A stretch of DNA of 63,561 bases, filler included, from Eubacteriales bacterium (GTDB taxonomy: Bacteria; Bacillota; Clostridia; Oscillospirales; CAG-382): NCBI GenBank assembly GCA_045636665.1. It is 6 parts of 6 records of this genome, joined end to end, with 100 filler letters (N's around TTAATTAATTAA, not from the genome) between each part and the next. Parts side by side here need not be neighbours in the genome. Positions count along the whole stretch, not along the records: positions 51,629 to 59,763 come from JAZTXY010000084.1; positions 59,864 to 61,932 come from JAZTXY010000090.1; 4 more parts are not named here. One strand, given 5' to 3'. Every line of letters starts with the position of its first letter. Position 1 is the stretch's first letter. The notes beneath the pieces were generated by a model. That model did not search any database and was not told the origin of the DNA. It worked only from the letters and a program-made list of their open reading frames with translations. The position numbers were made by a program, and so were the translations under genes. Positions 51,529 through 61,480 of this stretch are shown here, piece after piece.

Positions 51529-51628
51529 NNNNNNNNNNNNNNNNNNNNNNNNNNNNNNNNNNNNNNNNNNNNTTAATTAATTAANNNNNNNNNNNNNNNN
51601 NNNNNNNNNNNNNNNNNNNNNNNNNNNN
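51529..51628. other. Artificial contig linker
   Basis: N run, TTAATTAATTAA, N run. Confidence 0.98.
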
Positions 51629-51773
51629 GCCCTTCCATGAACTAATGAAGCTACCGGCTTAATGCGCCTGCCTGTCGGCGTGTTAAGTGGGGAATCCCAA
51701 AGATAGGCTGCGCTCGGAGAAAGCACCGTGAATCGGTTTTCGGACAGGGGTTCGATTCCCCTCGGCTCCACCA
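51629..51773 (+). ncRNA. ssrA: tmRNA, 3' part
   Basis: Ends TTTCGGACAGGGGTTCGATTCCCCTCGGCTCCACCA (Ala-type acceptor and T arm) with no tRNA cloverleaf upstream. Confidence 0.9.
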
Positions 51774-51994
51774 AATAAAAAGAAGTCAAGCCCATAAGGG
51801 GTTGGCTTCTTTTTGTTTCGCGTTAAGTATGGGGAATCGAAGGGCGCGAGTTGAATGACAGTCCGGTGGACTGTCAGACCGCGCCACCGCTCCGACCGCA
51901 GTCGGGCGATTCCCCTCGGCTCCACCAAATAAAAAGAAGTCAAGCCCATAAGGGTTTGGCTTCTTTTTGTTTCGCGTTAAGTATGGGGAATCGA
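51753..51994 (+). repeat. 88-bp direct repeat containing the tmRNA 3' end and terminator
   Basis: 51753-51840 versus 51907-51994, one mismatch. Confidence 0.9.
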
Positions 51995-52165
51995 GCATCG
52001 AAGTACGGCTTCCCGATTTGTAATCCCCGCCCTGCTTTTGCGGGGCTTTTCTTTGTTTAATGTGGTGCGATTACAGATAGAAAATAATTACAGTTTTCGC
52101 TCGACAAGCGAGTCGATTCTAACACGTGGTTATTTACTAATGCGATTTTCTCGGATATAATACAA

Positions 52166-53197
52166 GTGTCAGCTGATAAAACATTTTACGGAGTTAGTTA
52201 TGAACTTAAATTAGGATCAACAATAAAAAAGCTGAGAACCGAAAGAGGAATTACACAGGAGGAGCTCGCAAATAAAATCGGCGTGTCTTTTCAAGCAGTT
52301 TCTAAATGGGAAACAAACACTACCGCGCCCGATATTGCAATCATTCCGCAGTTGGCTTTGTTTTTCGGAGTCAGCATTGATTCGCTTTTCGCAATTAACA
52401 AAGACGATTATATGGAACGCATAAGCAATATGATTCGTGACGAGCATACCATCAGTCACGATAATTTTGTGTGGGCTGAGCGATATTTGAAAGGCGTTAT
52501 TTGCGACGAGCCCCAAAATAATGACGCCCGAACTCTGCTTGTCGAGCTTTACGAGCACCGCGAAAACCGCGACACGTTAAACTCAGGTAGATTATGCGAA
52601 GAAGGACTTTTACTCGATCCGTCCAATATCGCACTACACGGGAAGCTTATAAATATCCGTCGCAAAAGAAGTGAAACGGACAGACTCATTAAATTTTATG
52701 AATCATTGTTGCAGAAGTTTTCAAAGAACGATACAGTCAAAGAGAAGCTGATTGAAATTTATATAACCGCAGGCAGATACGACGACGCAAAGAAACTCAT
52801 CGCTTTGTCTGCCTCTAAAGCGATTTTTGATTTGTTCCTCGGCGATATTGAAATGGCTCTCGGAAACAGCGATAATGCACTTACTATATGGGAGTCGACG
52901 TCAGAGAAAAACAATGCCGACCACTTTATACTTTTTGAAGCTGCAGAACGTTTTAATAAACACGGTTTTTCCGAAAAGGCAATCTCGTTTTACGAGCAAT
53001 CCTATGAGCACGCACCGTCGCCAAAAGAATTGGACTCGGTTTACGCAAGAGCGTTCCTGTTCACAAACCTCGGAAGAAAAGACGAAGCGATATCAATGTG
53101 GAATTTGATAATCAAATCGCTTTCTGACGACTATGGCATCAACGACGGCGAATGTGTAGACTGGGCAAAACGCGAGATTGAAAATTTATCTTTCTGA
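52166..53197 (+). CDS. XRE-family HTH regulator with TPR-like C-terminus (start uncertain, possibly frameshifted)
   Basis: ITQEELANKIGVSFQAVSKWE...PDI; helical repeats downstream. Confidence 0.8.
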   Translation: MSADKTFYGVSYELKLGSTIKKLRTERGITQEELANKIGVSFQAVSKWETNTTAPDIAIIPQLALFFGVSIDSLFAINKDDYMERISNMIRDEHTISHDNFVWAERYLKGVICDEPQNNDARTLLVELYEHRENRDTLNSGRLCEEGLLLDPSNIALHGKLINIRRKRSETDRLIKFYESLLQKFSKNDTVKEKLIEIYITAGRYDDAKKLIALSASKAIFDLFLGDIEMALGNSDNALTIWESTSEKNNADHFILFEAAERFNKHGFSEKAISFYEQSYEHAPSPKELDSVYARAFLFTNLGRKDEAISMWNLIIKSLSDDYGINDGECVDWAKREIENLSF

Positions 53198-53358
53198 AGT
53201 GACATTGTCAATTGTACGCAAAGCGAACGAGGCTGTAAAAGCTCGACTGATTATGAATGCGGTTGATTTTGTTTTTTGTTTATGGTAATATGAATACGGT
53301 TAAGGACTAGTAAGTTTTTAACAAATATAAACAGCGTATTGGAGTAGGGCGTTGGACT

Positions 53359-54183
53359 ATGAAACAAAAATTGTCAATCAAGCAAAATATGACGACAAGA
53401 CAAATAGTTCTGTGTGTTGTTTTAGGATTTTTCTTGGTTTTTGGCATACCTTTTTTAATCAATTGGGCGTTTACATATCTTTCTTTTGAATGGCTTCAAA
53501 TCAAGTGGGGGGCTTCAGATGCACTGTCTTACTATGGTTCTTTGATGGGGGCTTCCGCAACTATTTATGTGTTGCGAAAAACTATTTTATTTACTGAGAA
53601 GAATCAAAAAGCAGAACGGGTTTTGACCATTCGGCCGTATTTACAAACATATCAAAGGCATTATGCGGATGTCTGCACGATACCCGAGAGCGATGACATT
53701 TTGTATTTTACCGTTACAAACGGGATAATGACAATAGAACGCGATACACCGGATTGTATTGCAAGACTAAAGATGTATCATAAGAAATTGCATAATAGAG
53801 AACCTATTAACGGGAAAGAAAAAGCAATATGTGAGAGTATCAATACCGATTTCTTTAAAAACAATTATGTGATGAGTTATGAAATCGAGAATTGTGGCGC
53901 GGGGAATGCGGTAGATGTAAATTTGAAAATAAACGAACGACCGTTATTTATGAATTTTTGTATTACGACAAATAAAACCAAACAAATGGTTTTCATATTT
54001 AATAACGATTTGATTAAAAACACTTCCGCTACTTTACTTAACTTGTCTATTACATATACTGATGTGGCATCTTTAGCGCAATATGTGCAATGTGAAAAGT
54101 TTCGATTTAGTCGTTCACATAACGATAACTTGCAAATGGTGCAATTCGGAGAAGATCTTTTGACGAGACCACAGCAAGTGTAA
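53359..54183 (+). CDS. Hypothetical membrane-anchored protein (AT-rich accessory gene)
   Basis: Two N-terminal hydrophobic segments (LSYYGSLMGA), IRPYL, IENCGAGNA. Confidence 0.7.
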   Translation: MKQKLSIKQNMTTRQIVLCVVLGFFLVFGIPFLINWAFTYLSFEWLQIKWGASDALSYYGSLMGASATIYVLRKTILFTEKNQKAERVLTIRPYLQTYQRHYADVCTIPESDDILYFTVTNGIMTIERDTPDCIARLKMYHKKLHNREPINGKEKAICESINTDFFKNNYVMSYEIENCGAGNAVDVNLKINERPLFMNFCITTNKTKQMVFIFNNDLIKNTSATLLNLSITYTDVASLAQYVQCEKFRFSRSHNDNLQMVQFGEDLLTRPQQV

Positions 54184-54430
54184 TATCTGCCATCGTTGTT
54201 GCAATCCAAAAAGGTTTTCTGTGTTAATCATGAAATAAAAAGCCACTGACTATGTTGGGTTTCACTTTCTATGTGGTGGGTATTTATTTTGTGCTACGAC
54301 GCAATTATTGATCAATTTTCCCAACGTGTTTTTCTCGCATTTAATCTTCCTACCCCTCTTGCAAACGGGTTGGTTCGGTTGTATAATAAGGGCGACGATA
54401 TATCACGAATTTCACGAAGAGGTGAATGCT

Positions 54431-55150
54431 ATGAAGCTTTTATGGCAAAACCGTTTTGAAGATTTTGATTTGGTAAAAACATCTCCGACATATTACAGCG
54501 GTGCTGCTGTGAAAGAAGATGTTTTGAAATGCGTTTTCTTTGGCGCCGATTTAGGTATAACAGAGATGACCTTTGATATTCAAAACGGGCATATTCTTAC
54601 TTTTAACAAAAACGGTAATACAGAAAAATATAAAGAAAACTATGCTGTGAAGCACGCCTCCCGCCATTTGGAATGCGATGATTTTGTATTTGGAGAATAT
54701 ACGATTTCTCATTTTGGAGAATGGGGGTATATGTGTCATAAAAACGACCGACTATTATGGAAAAAAGCCTTAAAAGGCTATCTCTATACCGATATGATAT
54801 TAAATCAAAGAAATATTGTTTTTGGGACAGGCGGTCAAGGCGGACATTTTTATTCCGTGAACATAGACACGGGTGAAATCGTCTTTGATTTTAACACCTT
54901 GGGCACCTCGAAATTCTTTGATGTAAACAACAACTATTATTTTTGCTCTACAGAAAAGAAATGCACGCAAATACTGAAAATCGATTATGACGGCAACGTC
55001 TTGGAAAATATCGAAGTAGATGGCTTATATTATGACACTTATTGCCCATTTAATCTGTGTGATGATTTATTGTGTGTTATGACGCTAAAGAAAAAAAGAA
55101 AAGGAAATACGGAATTGTTTTCCCCGATTTTGCATTGTATTCAAGTATGA
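54431..55150 (+). CDS. Hypothetical protein, possibly beta-propeller-like
   Basis: GAGGTG RBS before ATG 54431; FGTGGQGGHFYSVNIDTGEIVF resembles a PQQ-type blade. Confidence 0.65.
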   Translation: MKLLWQNRFEDFDLVKTSPTYYSGAAVKEDVLKCVFFGADLGITEMTFDIQNGHILTFNKNGNTEKYKENYAVKHASRHLECDDFVFGEYTISHFGEWGYMCHKNDRLLWKKALKGYLYTDMILNQRNIVFGTGGQGGHFYSVNIDTGEIVFDFNTLGTSKFFDVNNNYYFCSTEKKCTQILKIDYDGNVLENIEVDGLYYDTYCPFNLCDDLLCVMTLKKKRKGNTELFSPILHCIQV

Positions 55151-55225
55151 AAAGAGCGTGAATAGTTCCAACCCCTGGAACAAACAAATACGACACTCCT
55201 TGTGAGTGCCGTCTTTTGATTTCCG

Positions 55226-56038
55226 TTATTTATAAAGAATCTCGATTACTTTGCCGTTTTCAAACGTTTCGTTTGTTATGTCGCAAGCGGGGGAGAGGTT
55301 GTCGATAGCGGGCGAGGGGATGGCGATATGCGCACCGATTGCACCGATAAGCTTATCGCTTCTCAAAACGTTACCCGATTGGTCGACACAGTTGACCGTC
55401 ATTTCCGCTCTGTTTACGTTGTCGTATCTTGCGAGCAGATAACTGCCTACAAGGTCGGCAAGAAAACGTCTGCCGAGGTCGGAGGGATGCATACCGTCGC
55501 CGAGCATATAATCGTCAAGGGGGATAAGGTCGTATTCACGGTGGATATCGACAAGACCGCAACCGTACTCACGCGCGATATTGCGTATCTCGTCGCAATA
55601 GCGGTCGAGCACCTTGCCGTCGTTGTAGATATAGTGAAGATTGTAATCCCAAGGGGTGTAACGCTCGGGCATCGTGGGGGTTACGGTTATAAAAACGACG
55701 TCGCCGCCCTGCTCACGTATTTTCTCGAGGAAATAAACGAGGTTTGCGCGGTATTCTTCGATCGGAACAAGGCTCTTAAGGTCGTCGCGCTTAATCGCCT
55801 GATCGTTTCCGCCAAAGCCGATAATAACAAGATCGGGCTTGTGAGAAAGCACGTCCGACTCGAAACGGTCGCGCGCGTGGTAGGTAGTGTTGCCGCCCGC
55901 ACCTGCGTTTATAACAGTTAATTCCATATCCTCGGCGATATGCGATGCATAGGAATCGCCGCAAAAATTAGTCATACTGTCGCCAAAGGTAACTATAATT
56001 TTTCCGCTTAAAGCGTTTGATTTAATAAGCTTAGACAT
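55226..56038 (-). CDS. SGNH/GDSL hydrolase with a C-terminal MucBP-like domain
   Basis: FGDSMT, NAGAGG, GGND, DGMHP; GGAGG RBS before ATG 56038. Confidence 0.88.
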   Translation of the reverse strand: MSKLIKSNALSGKIIVTFGDSMTNFCGDSYASHIAEDMELTVINAGAGGNTTYHARDRFESDVLSHKPDLVIIGFGGNDQAIKRDDLKSLVPIEEYRANLVYFLEKIREQGGDVVFITVTPTMPERYTPWDYNLHYIYNDGKVLDRYCDEIRNIAREYGCGLVDIHREYDLIPLDDYMLGDGMHPSDLGRRFLADLVGSYLLARYDNVNRAEMTVNCVDQSGNVLRSDKLIGAIGAHIAIPSPAIDNLSPACDITNETFENGKVIEILYK

Positions 56039-56260
56039 GGTTTTTCCTCCTTGTTGCGTTTTGATTATTTTATCATAAGCTTTGGATGATTTCAAGAACT
56101 TGAAACCAAATTGTCGACGATTTGATAAACAGTTGAAACATAGGTATTTTATGCTATAATGCATTTGAAAATTTAGAACGACCAACGTTTACTGTCAAGG
56201 GCACAAGGATTGTTTTCATAGATATATTATCCCACTCAAAAGACAAGCACTGCTTTTGAA

Positions 56261-57907
56261 TTAAAATTCAACCGTGACGGTCGTTCCTTTTCCGAGCTCG
56301 CTGTCGAGTGTTACCTTGCCGCCGTGATACTGTACGGCGTGTTTTACAATAGAAAGTCCAAGACCTGTGCCGCCGGTTTCTTTGGAGTGACTCTTGTCCA
56401 CTCGGTAGAACCGCTCGAAGATACGGTTTTGATGCTCGGGCGCAATGCCGATGCCCGTGTCTTTTAGAGTCACAACAGCGCGGCCGTTATCCTTGCCGAT
56501 TTTAATTTCAACCCTGCCGCCGTCAACGTTGTATCTGATAGCGTTATCGCAAAGGTTATAAATAATTTCGTAAATATAACGTCGTACACCGTAAATATTG
56601 CAGGGTTCTCCCTCGATGCTCAGTGCAATATTTCTCTTTGATGCCGATATTGTCAGAACCTCGACAACCTCCTTTGCAACCTCGGTCAGTTCCACGGTTT
56701 CGGTTGCGGGCTCGCTGTTTTCGTCAAGCTGAGAAAGACGGATAATATCGTTAATAAGAGATACCAGTCTTGTTGCTTCCTTGCGGATATTGCCAACAAA
56801 TCTTTTCGTATCTTCGGGCTTTACAAGACCGTTTTCAAGAAGCTCTGCGCTTCCGATGATGGATTGAAGCGGCGTTTTCAGTTCGTGAGTAACGTTTGCG
56901 GTGAACTCCTGACGGTTGCGCTCCGCAAAAGCGCGATCGCTAATATCAAACACAAGAATAACCGCGCCGAGAACCTTTCCGTCCAATTCGATGGAATTGA
57001 CGGTAAACTGATATTCGCTTCCGTTTCTTTCCTCGGTATATTCGCTGCGGATACCGCCGAGGGCATTCCATATCGCCTTGCTCATTTTGCTTGTGCGGTC
57101 AACGAGCAGGAAGTCGCTACCCTTAACGTCCTTTTTAACGGCAAATATCTTCTTCGCCGCCGCATTCATGCTCAGAACCATTCCGTGCTCATCAAGCAAC
57201 ACAAGTCCTTCGTTCATAGAGGAAACGATTTGCTCAAACTCGTCGGACTTACGGCGCAGAGTTTCCATCTGCGTCTTAATTTGATTATGCTGTTTGTGAA
57301 GCTTTGTAAGTATGGGCGTTAATTCTTCATAGGTGGTGTTGTCGGTCGGATTGTCCAAATCAAGCTGTAACAAAGGCTCTGTTGCTTTTTTTGCCATAGT
57401 GAGCGAAAGAACCGTTGCAACTACCGCGGCAAATATGATGATAGCGCAGATTGCGGGCAGCATTTTGATAAAAAGTCCGCCAACGGTAAGCCGACGTATG
57501 GAGATACGAAGCACGTCGCCGTTTTCAAGCCGTATAGCCTCATAAAAAGTCTTTTCCGTTAGGGTAGAGGAATATCTTGCGCTACTGCCCGTGCCGTATT
57601 TGAACGCTTCGCCGATTTCTTCACGGTCGGCGTGATTTTCCATTCCGGTCGGGTCTGCCTGCGTATCGTAAAGAACGGTACCGTCAATATTCACTACGGT
57701 AAAACGAAAAACCGACGAGTCGAAATTCTCAAAATATTCTACGCCAACCTCGTTAACGGTATCTGCCACAAGGGAAAGCTCTGCCTTTAACTGCTTCACT
57801 TGAGATGAGTTGAAATAATCATATAAAAAACTCGTCGCTATACCCATGCTTGCAAGAAGAACAACAAGAGCTACCGTAAAAATAGAACGAAATATCTTTT
57901 TTGTCAT
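56261..57907 (-). CDS. phoR: PhoR-like sensor histidine kinase
   Basis: ENHADREE, PAS domain, THELKTP, FERFYRVDKS, GTGLGL. Confidence 0.85.
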   Translation of the reverse strand: MTKKIFRSIFTVALVVLLASMGIATSFLYDYFNSSQVKQLKAELSLVADTVNEVGVEYFENFDSSVFRFTVVNIDGTVLYDTQADPTGMENHADREEIGEAFKYGTGSSARYSSTLTEKTFYEAIRLENGDVLRISIRRLTVGGLFIKMLPAICAIIIFAAVVATVLSLTMAKKATEPLLQLDLDNPTDNTTYEELTPILTKLHKQHNQIKTQMETLRRKSDEFEQIVSSMNEGLVLLDEHGMVLSMNAAAKKIFAVKKDVKGSDFLLVDRTSKMSKAIWNALGGIRSEYTEERNGSEYQFTVNSIELDGKVLGAVILVFDISDRAFAERNRQEFTANVTHELKTPLQSIIGSAELLENGLVKPEDTKRFVGNIRKEATRLVSLINDIIRLSQLDENSEPATETVELTEVAKEVVEVLTISASKRNIALSIEGEPCNIYGVRRYIYEIIYNLCDNAIRYNVDGGRVEIKIGKDNGRAVVTLKDTGIGIAPEHQNRIFERFYRVDKSHSKETGGTGLGLSIVKHAVQYHGGKVTLDSELGKGTTVTVEF

Positions 57908-58581
57908 ACTTCTTTGTCCAATCTGTACCCAACGCCGATAACTGTTTTTATTTGTCCGCCTGCGACTCCGAGCTTTTGGCGCAGGGTTTTTATATGCATA
58001 TCGACGGTTCGGGTTTCGCCGACGTAGTCTGTTCCCCAGACCTCGCTCATAAGCTTATCTCTTGAAAACACCATATTCGGGTTTTGCATAAAGAGCTTGA
58101 GTATTTCAAATTCCTTATGTGTCAGCTCGACGTTTTCGCCGTCTGCAACAACCTTATGCTCTTGTTCCTTCAAAACGATGCTACCGACAGAAATGCCGTC
58201 GTTTGTCGGGCTTTCTTTTACCGTGCGACGCAATACCGCTTTTACACGCGCAACCATTTCCATAACGCCGAAAGGCTTTACGAGATAATCGTCGGCGCCG
58301 GAATTCAGGCCTCCGATTTTGTCCATTTCCGTTCCTTTGGCGGTAGCCATAATAACGGGAATATTTTTATATTCGGGTTGCGAACGAAGCTTTTTAAGAA
58401 CCTCAAGTCCGTCCATTTCGGGCATCATAATATCAAGAATGATAAGCTCGGGTATTTCGGTTTTCAGTGATTCGAGCATAGAAATGCCATCGGAAAAGCC
58501 ACGCGCTTCAAAACCCGTTTGCTCTAACGTATAAACTTCAATTTCGCGGATGGTATTGTCATCATCAACACACCAAATCAT
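57904..58581 (-). CDS. PhoB/PhoP-like response regulator
   Basis: LDIMMP, GADDYLVKPF, RTVDMHIKTLRQKL. Confidence 0.9.
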   Translation of the reverse strand: MIWCVDDDNTIREIEVYTLEQTGFEARGFSDGISMLESLKTEIPELIILDIMMPEMDGLEVLKKLRSQPEYKNIPVIMATAKGTEMDKIGGLNSGADDYLVKPFGVMEMVARVKAVLRRTVKESPTNDGISVGSIVLKEQEHKVVADGENVELTHKEFEILKLFMQNPNMVFSRDKLMSEVWGTDYVGETRTVDMHIKTLRQKLGVAGGQIKTVIGVGYRLDKEV

Positions 58582-58658
58582 AGCTTACTCTCCTTTAATT
58601 TCTTCTCCTATTATAATACACTTCGTGCTTAAATGCAATCGCCTGAAGAAAACACGGT

Positions 58659-58693
58659 TAAAAACGTCGCCTTGGATGAAAGCGACGTTTTTT
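58659..58693. terminator. Terminator hairpin after the Na/Pi transporter gene
   Basis: AAAAACGTCGC/GCGACGTTTTT. Confidence 0.65.
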
Positions 58694-58695
58694 GT

Positions 58696-59763
58696 TTATA
58701 CAAACGAAAGGTATTTTTTCGTGTATTCGGTGTATTTTTCTCGGTAAAACTCGTTATCGCTTCTGAGAAGCTTAAGCGATTCGTGCAGATTCATATTTTG
58801 CGACTTTGTATCCATAACACATCCCGCAATATTGGAGCAATGGTCGGAAACTCTTTCCATATTGGTGATAAGGTCGCTCCAAACAAAGCCGACCTCAATA
58901 CTGCAATCGCCCACACGCAAACGGTCGATGTGGCGCGTACGGAGAAGCTCCTTCATTCTGTCGATAACCTGTTCAAGAGGCTCTATAAGGTTTGCGAGGT
59001 CTGCGTTGCTTTGCGTAAAAGCGTCATAGGAGAGGGATACGATTTCGACAGTCGCTTCGCAAAGAGCGTTCATTTCTGCTTTTGCGCTTTCAGAGAACAC
59101 AATGCCTTTTTCGCGCATTTCTTCTGCAGATTCGACAATATTTACAGCGTGGTCGGATATCCGCTCGAAATCCCCGATAGCCTTTAAAATCATAGAAGCC
59201 ATCGCGCCTTCGTTTTCGTTGAGCTGTTTTGTACTTAATTTTACAAGATAACTGCCGATAACGTCTTCAAGGTGGTCGGTTTTATCCTCGGCTTCGCGAA
59301 TTGCTTCTGCTTTCGCTTTGTCATAACTGTCAAGACATTCAATACTGCTTTTTAAAGCATCGGTTGCGATTCTTGCCATATCAAAGGTGAGGTTATGAGC
59401 ACATTCAAGCGCGATTGCGGGAGTAGCGAGAAGTCTGTCATCAAGCTCGGAAATCTTTTCAATCTGCTCGTTGTCGGGGATAAGCTTATAGGCGAGCTTT
59501 TCAAGAAGTCCCGACATAGGAAGAAGAAGCAAGGTACATACGATGTTAAATATAGAGTGTGCTGTTGCAATTCCCGTATAATTTGCGGCCTCGTTGAGAA
59601 GTTCGGGAGCGAGAATTGCTTTAACAGCGGCGAAAGCGCCAAGGCAGACAACGGTACCGATTACGTTAAAGGACAAATGCACAGGCGCCGCGCGTCTTGC
59701 GTTTTTGGTGGTACCGACAGAGGAAATAATTGCGGTAATACAAGTACCGATGTTCTGACCCAT
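58696..59763 (-). CDS. Na/Pi cotransporter with PhoU-like C-terminus (5' truncated)
   Basis: GQNIGTC, AHSIFN, DFERISDHAVNI, MERVSDHCSNIA. Confidence 0.92.
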   Translation of the reverse strand: MGQNIGTCITAIISSVGTTKNARRAAPVHLSFNVIGTVVCLGAFAAVKAILAPELLNEAANYTGIATAHSIFNIVCTLLLLPMSGLLEKLAYKLIPDNEQIEKISELDDRLLATPAIALECAHNLTFDMARIATDALKSSIECLDSYDKAKAEAIREAEDKTDHLEDVIGSYLVKLSTKQLNENEGAMASMILKAIGDFERISDHAVNIVESAEEMREKGIVFSESAKAEMNALCEATVEIVSLSYDAFTQSNADLANLIEPLEQVIDRMKELLRTRHIDRLRVGDCSIEVGFVWSDLITNMERVSDHCSNIAGCVMDTKSQNMNLHESLKLLRSDNEFYREKYTEYTKKYLSFV

Positions 59764-59863
59764 NNNNNNNNNNNNNNNNNNNNNNNNNNNNNNNNNNNNN
59801 NNNNNNNTTAATTAATTAANNNNNNNNNNNNNNNNNNNNNNNNNNNNNNNNNNNNNNNNNNNN
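59764..59863. other. Artificial contig linker
   Basis: N run, TTAATTAATTAA, N run. Confidence 0.98.
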
Positions 59864-60106
59864 GGTTCTACCAAGAACGGTCGTGACAGTGAGTCCAAGC
59901 GTCTTGGCGTTAAGAGACAGGACGGTCAGTTTGTTACTGCCGGCAACATTCTTCTTCGTCAGAGAGGCACCAAGATCCATCCCGGCAACAACGTCGCCCG
60001 TGTCTCCGATGACACCCTTTTCGCACTTATCGACGGTAAGGTTAAGTTCGAACCGATGGTAGGCGGAAGAAAGAAAGTCAGCGTTTACGCTGTTAATGCA
60101 GACTAA
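59864..60106 (+). CDS. rpmA: 50S ribosomal protein L27 (5' truncated; missing from the ORF track)
   Basis: Manual translation [17 protein letters not shown]...[15 protein letters not shown]...DDTLFAL. Confidence 0.96.
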   Translation, partial: GSTKNGRDSESKRLGVKRQDGQFVTAGNILLRQRGTKIHPGNNVARVSDDTLFALIDGKVKFEPMVGGRKKVSVYAVNAD

Positions 60107-60116
60107 ATGCCTATTG

Positions 60117-60160
60117 AAAAGAGCAGTCGGGGTTTTCATCCTGACTACTCTTTTTCTTTT
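60117..60160 (+). terminator. Terminator after rpmA
   Basis: AAAAGAGCAGTCGGG/CCTGACTACTCTTTTT. Confidence 0.65.
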
Positions 60161-60216
60161 TGTTTTAATAAAATACGAAAACAAATAACGAAAAACTCTA
60201 TAAGGAGGTTTTCAGT

Positions 60217-61479
60217 ATGTTTATAGATAAGGTTACAATTTATATCAAAGCCGGCGACGGAGGAAACGGTTGCGTTTCGTTCCGCCGCGAAAAGTACGTT
60301 GCCAAGGGCGGTCCCGACGGTGGCGACGGCGGCAGAGGCGGAAACGTTGTTTTTGTCATCGACGAGGGTGAAAACACGCTTCTTAACTTCAAATACCGCC
60401 GCAAATTCGTTGCCGCAAACGGCGGTGACGGTATGTCGAAGAAGTTTTACGGTAAAAGCGCCGAGGATCTTGTTATTCCCGTTCCTCCCGGAACCGTGCT
60501 TCGCGATCCCGACAGCGGACTTGTTATCCACGATATGTCTGATGGCTTACCCTATATTGCCGCAAAGGGAGGCAGAGGCGGTTGGGGTAACACCCATTTC
60601 GCAACTCCCACCCGTCAGGTACCCCGTTTTGCAAAAAGCGGTACGAAGGGTGCAGAGCGCAATATTACGCTCGAGCTTAAAATGCTCGCTGACGTCGGCT
60701 TGGTAGGATTCCCCAACGTCGGCAAATCTACCCTTCTTTCCGAGGTTACCGCGGCAAGACCTAAGATCGCAAACTACCATTTCACAACACTTGCGCCTAA
60801 TCTGGGCGTTGTTACGGTTTACGGCAAAAGCTTCGTAATGGCGGACATCCCCGGTCTTATCGAGGGTGCTTCCGACGGCTTGGGACTCGGTCACGATTTC
60901 TTGCGTCATATTGACAGATGCCGTCTTATCCTTCACGTTTTCGATATTTCGGCAAGCGAACGCGAAAATCCGCTTGAGGATATTATTAAAATCAATCAAG
61001 AGCTTGAAAAATACAGCGCAGAGCTTGCTTCGCGTCCTCAGATATTGGTCGCAAACAAGATAGACCTCGGCTATTCCGAGGAGCATCTTGAAGAGGTCAA
61101 GTGCTATGCCGAGGAAAACGGCTGTGAGCTGTTCCTTATTTCGGGTGGACTTTCGGAAGGCGTTCCCGAATTGATGAAGGCGGTTTCCGCAAAGCTTCAA
61201 ACACTTCCTCCGATGACCTATTACGAGCAAGAATATGTCGAGCTTCCCAAGGAAACCGATATGTCGGTTCACGTCGAGGTCGTCGACGGAGTTTACGTCG
61301 TTACGGGCGAATGGCTTATCCGCTTGTGCAACGATATCAACTTCGACGATTACGAATCGCTTCAGTTCTTCCAACGCGTTCTTCGCGACAAGGGCGTTAT
61401 TCAAGCGCTTGAGGATGCGGGCGTTCAGGAGGGCGATACCGTTTCGATTTACGACATCGAATTTGACTTTATGTATTGA
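60217..61479 (+). CDS. obgE: GTPase Obg
   Basis: Gly-rich Obg domain, GFPNVGKST, DIPGLIEG, NKID, C-terminal OCT domain. Confidence 0.97.
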   Translation: MFIDKVTIYIKAGDGGNGCVSFRREKYVAKGGPDGGDGGRGGNVVFVIDEGENTLLNFKYRRKFVAANGGDGMSKKFYGKSAEDLVIPVPPGTVLRDPDSGLVIHDMSDGLPYIAAKGGRGGWGNTHFATPTRQVPRFAKSGTKGAERNITLELKMLADVGLVGFPNVGKSTLLSEVTAARPKIANYHFTTLAPNLGVVTVYGKSFVMADIPGLIEGASDGLGLGHDFLRHIDRCRLILHVFDISASERENPLEDIIKINQELEKYSAELASRPQILVANKIDLGYSEEHLEEVKCYAEENGCELFLISGGLSEGVPELMKAVSAKLQTLPPMTYYEQEYVELPKETDMSVHVEVVDGVYVVTGEWLIRLCNDINFDDYESLQFFQRVLRDKGVIQALEDAGVQEGDTVSIYDIEFDFMY

Positions 61480-61480
61480 T

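Noticed and set aside
51741..51773. tRNA gene
   Set aside because: Only a T arm and acceptor half are present; the upstream sequence fits tmRNA, not a cloverleaf.
53253..53288. 11-codon ORF (MNAVDFVFCLW) after the HTH-TPR gene as a quorum-sensing peptide
   Set aside because: No RBS, and it overlaps a promoter-like TTGATT...TAATAT for the next gene.
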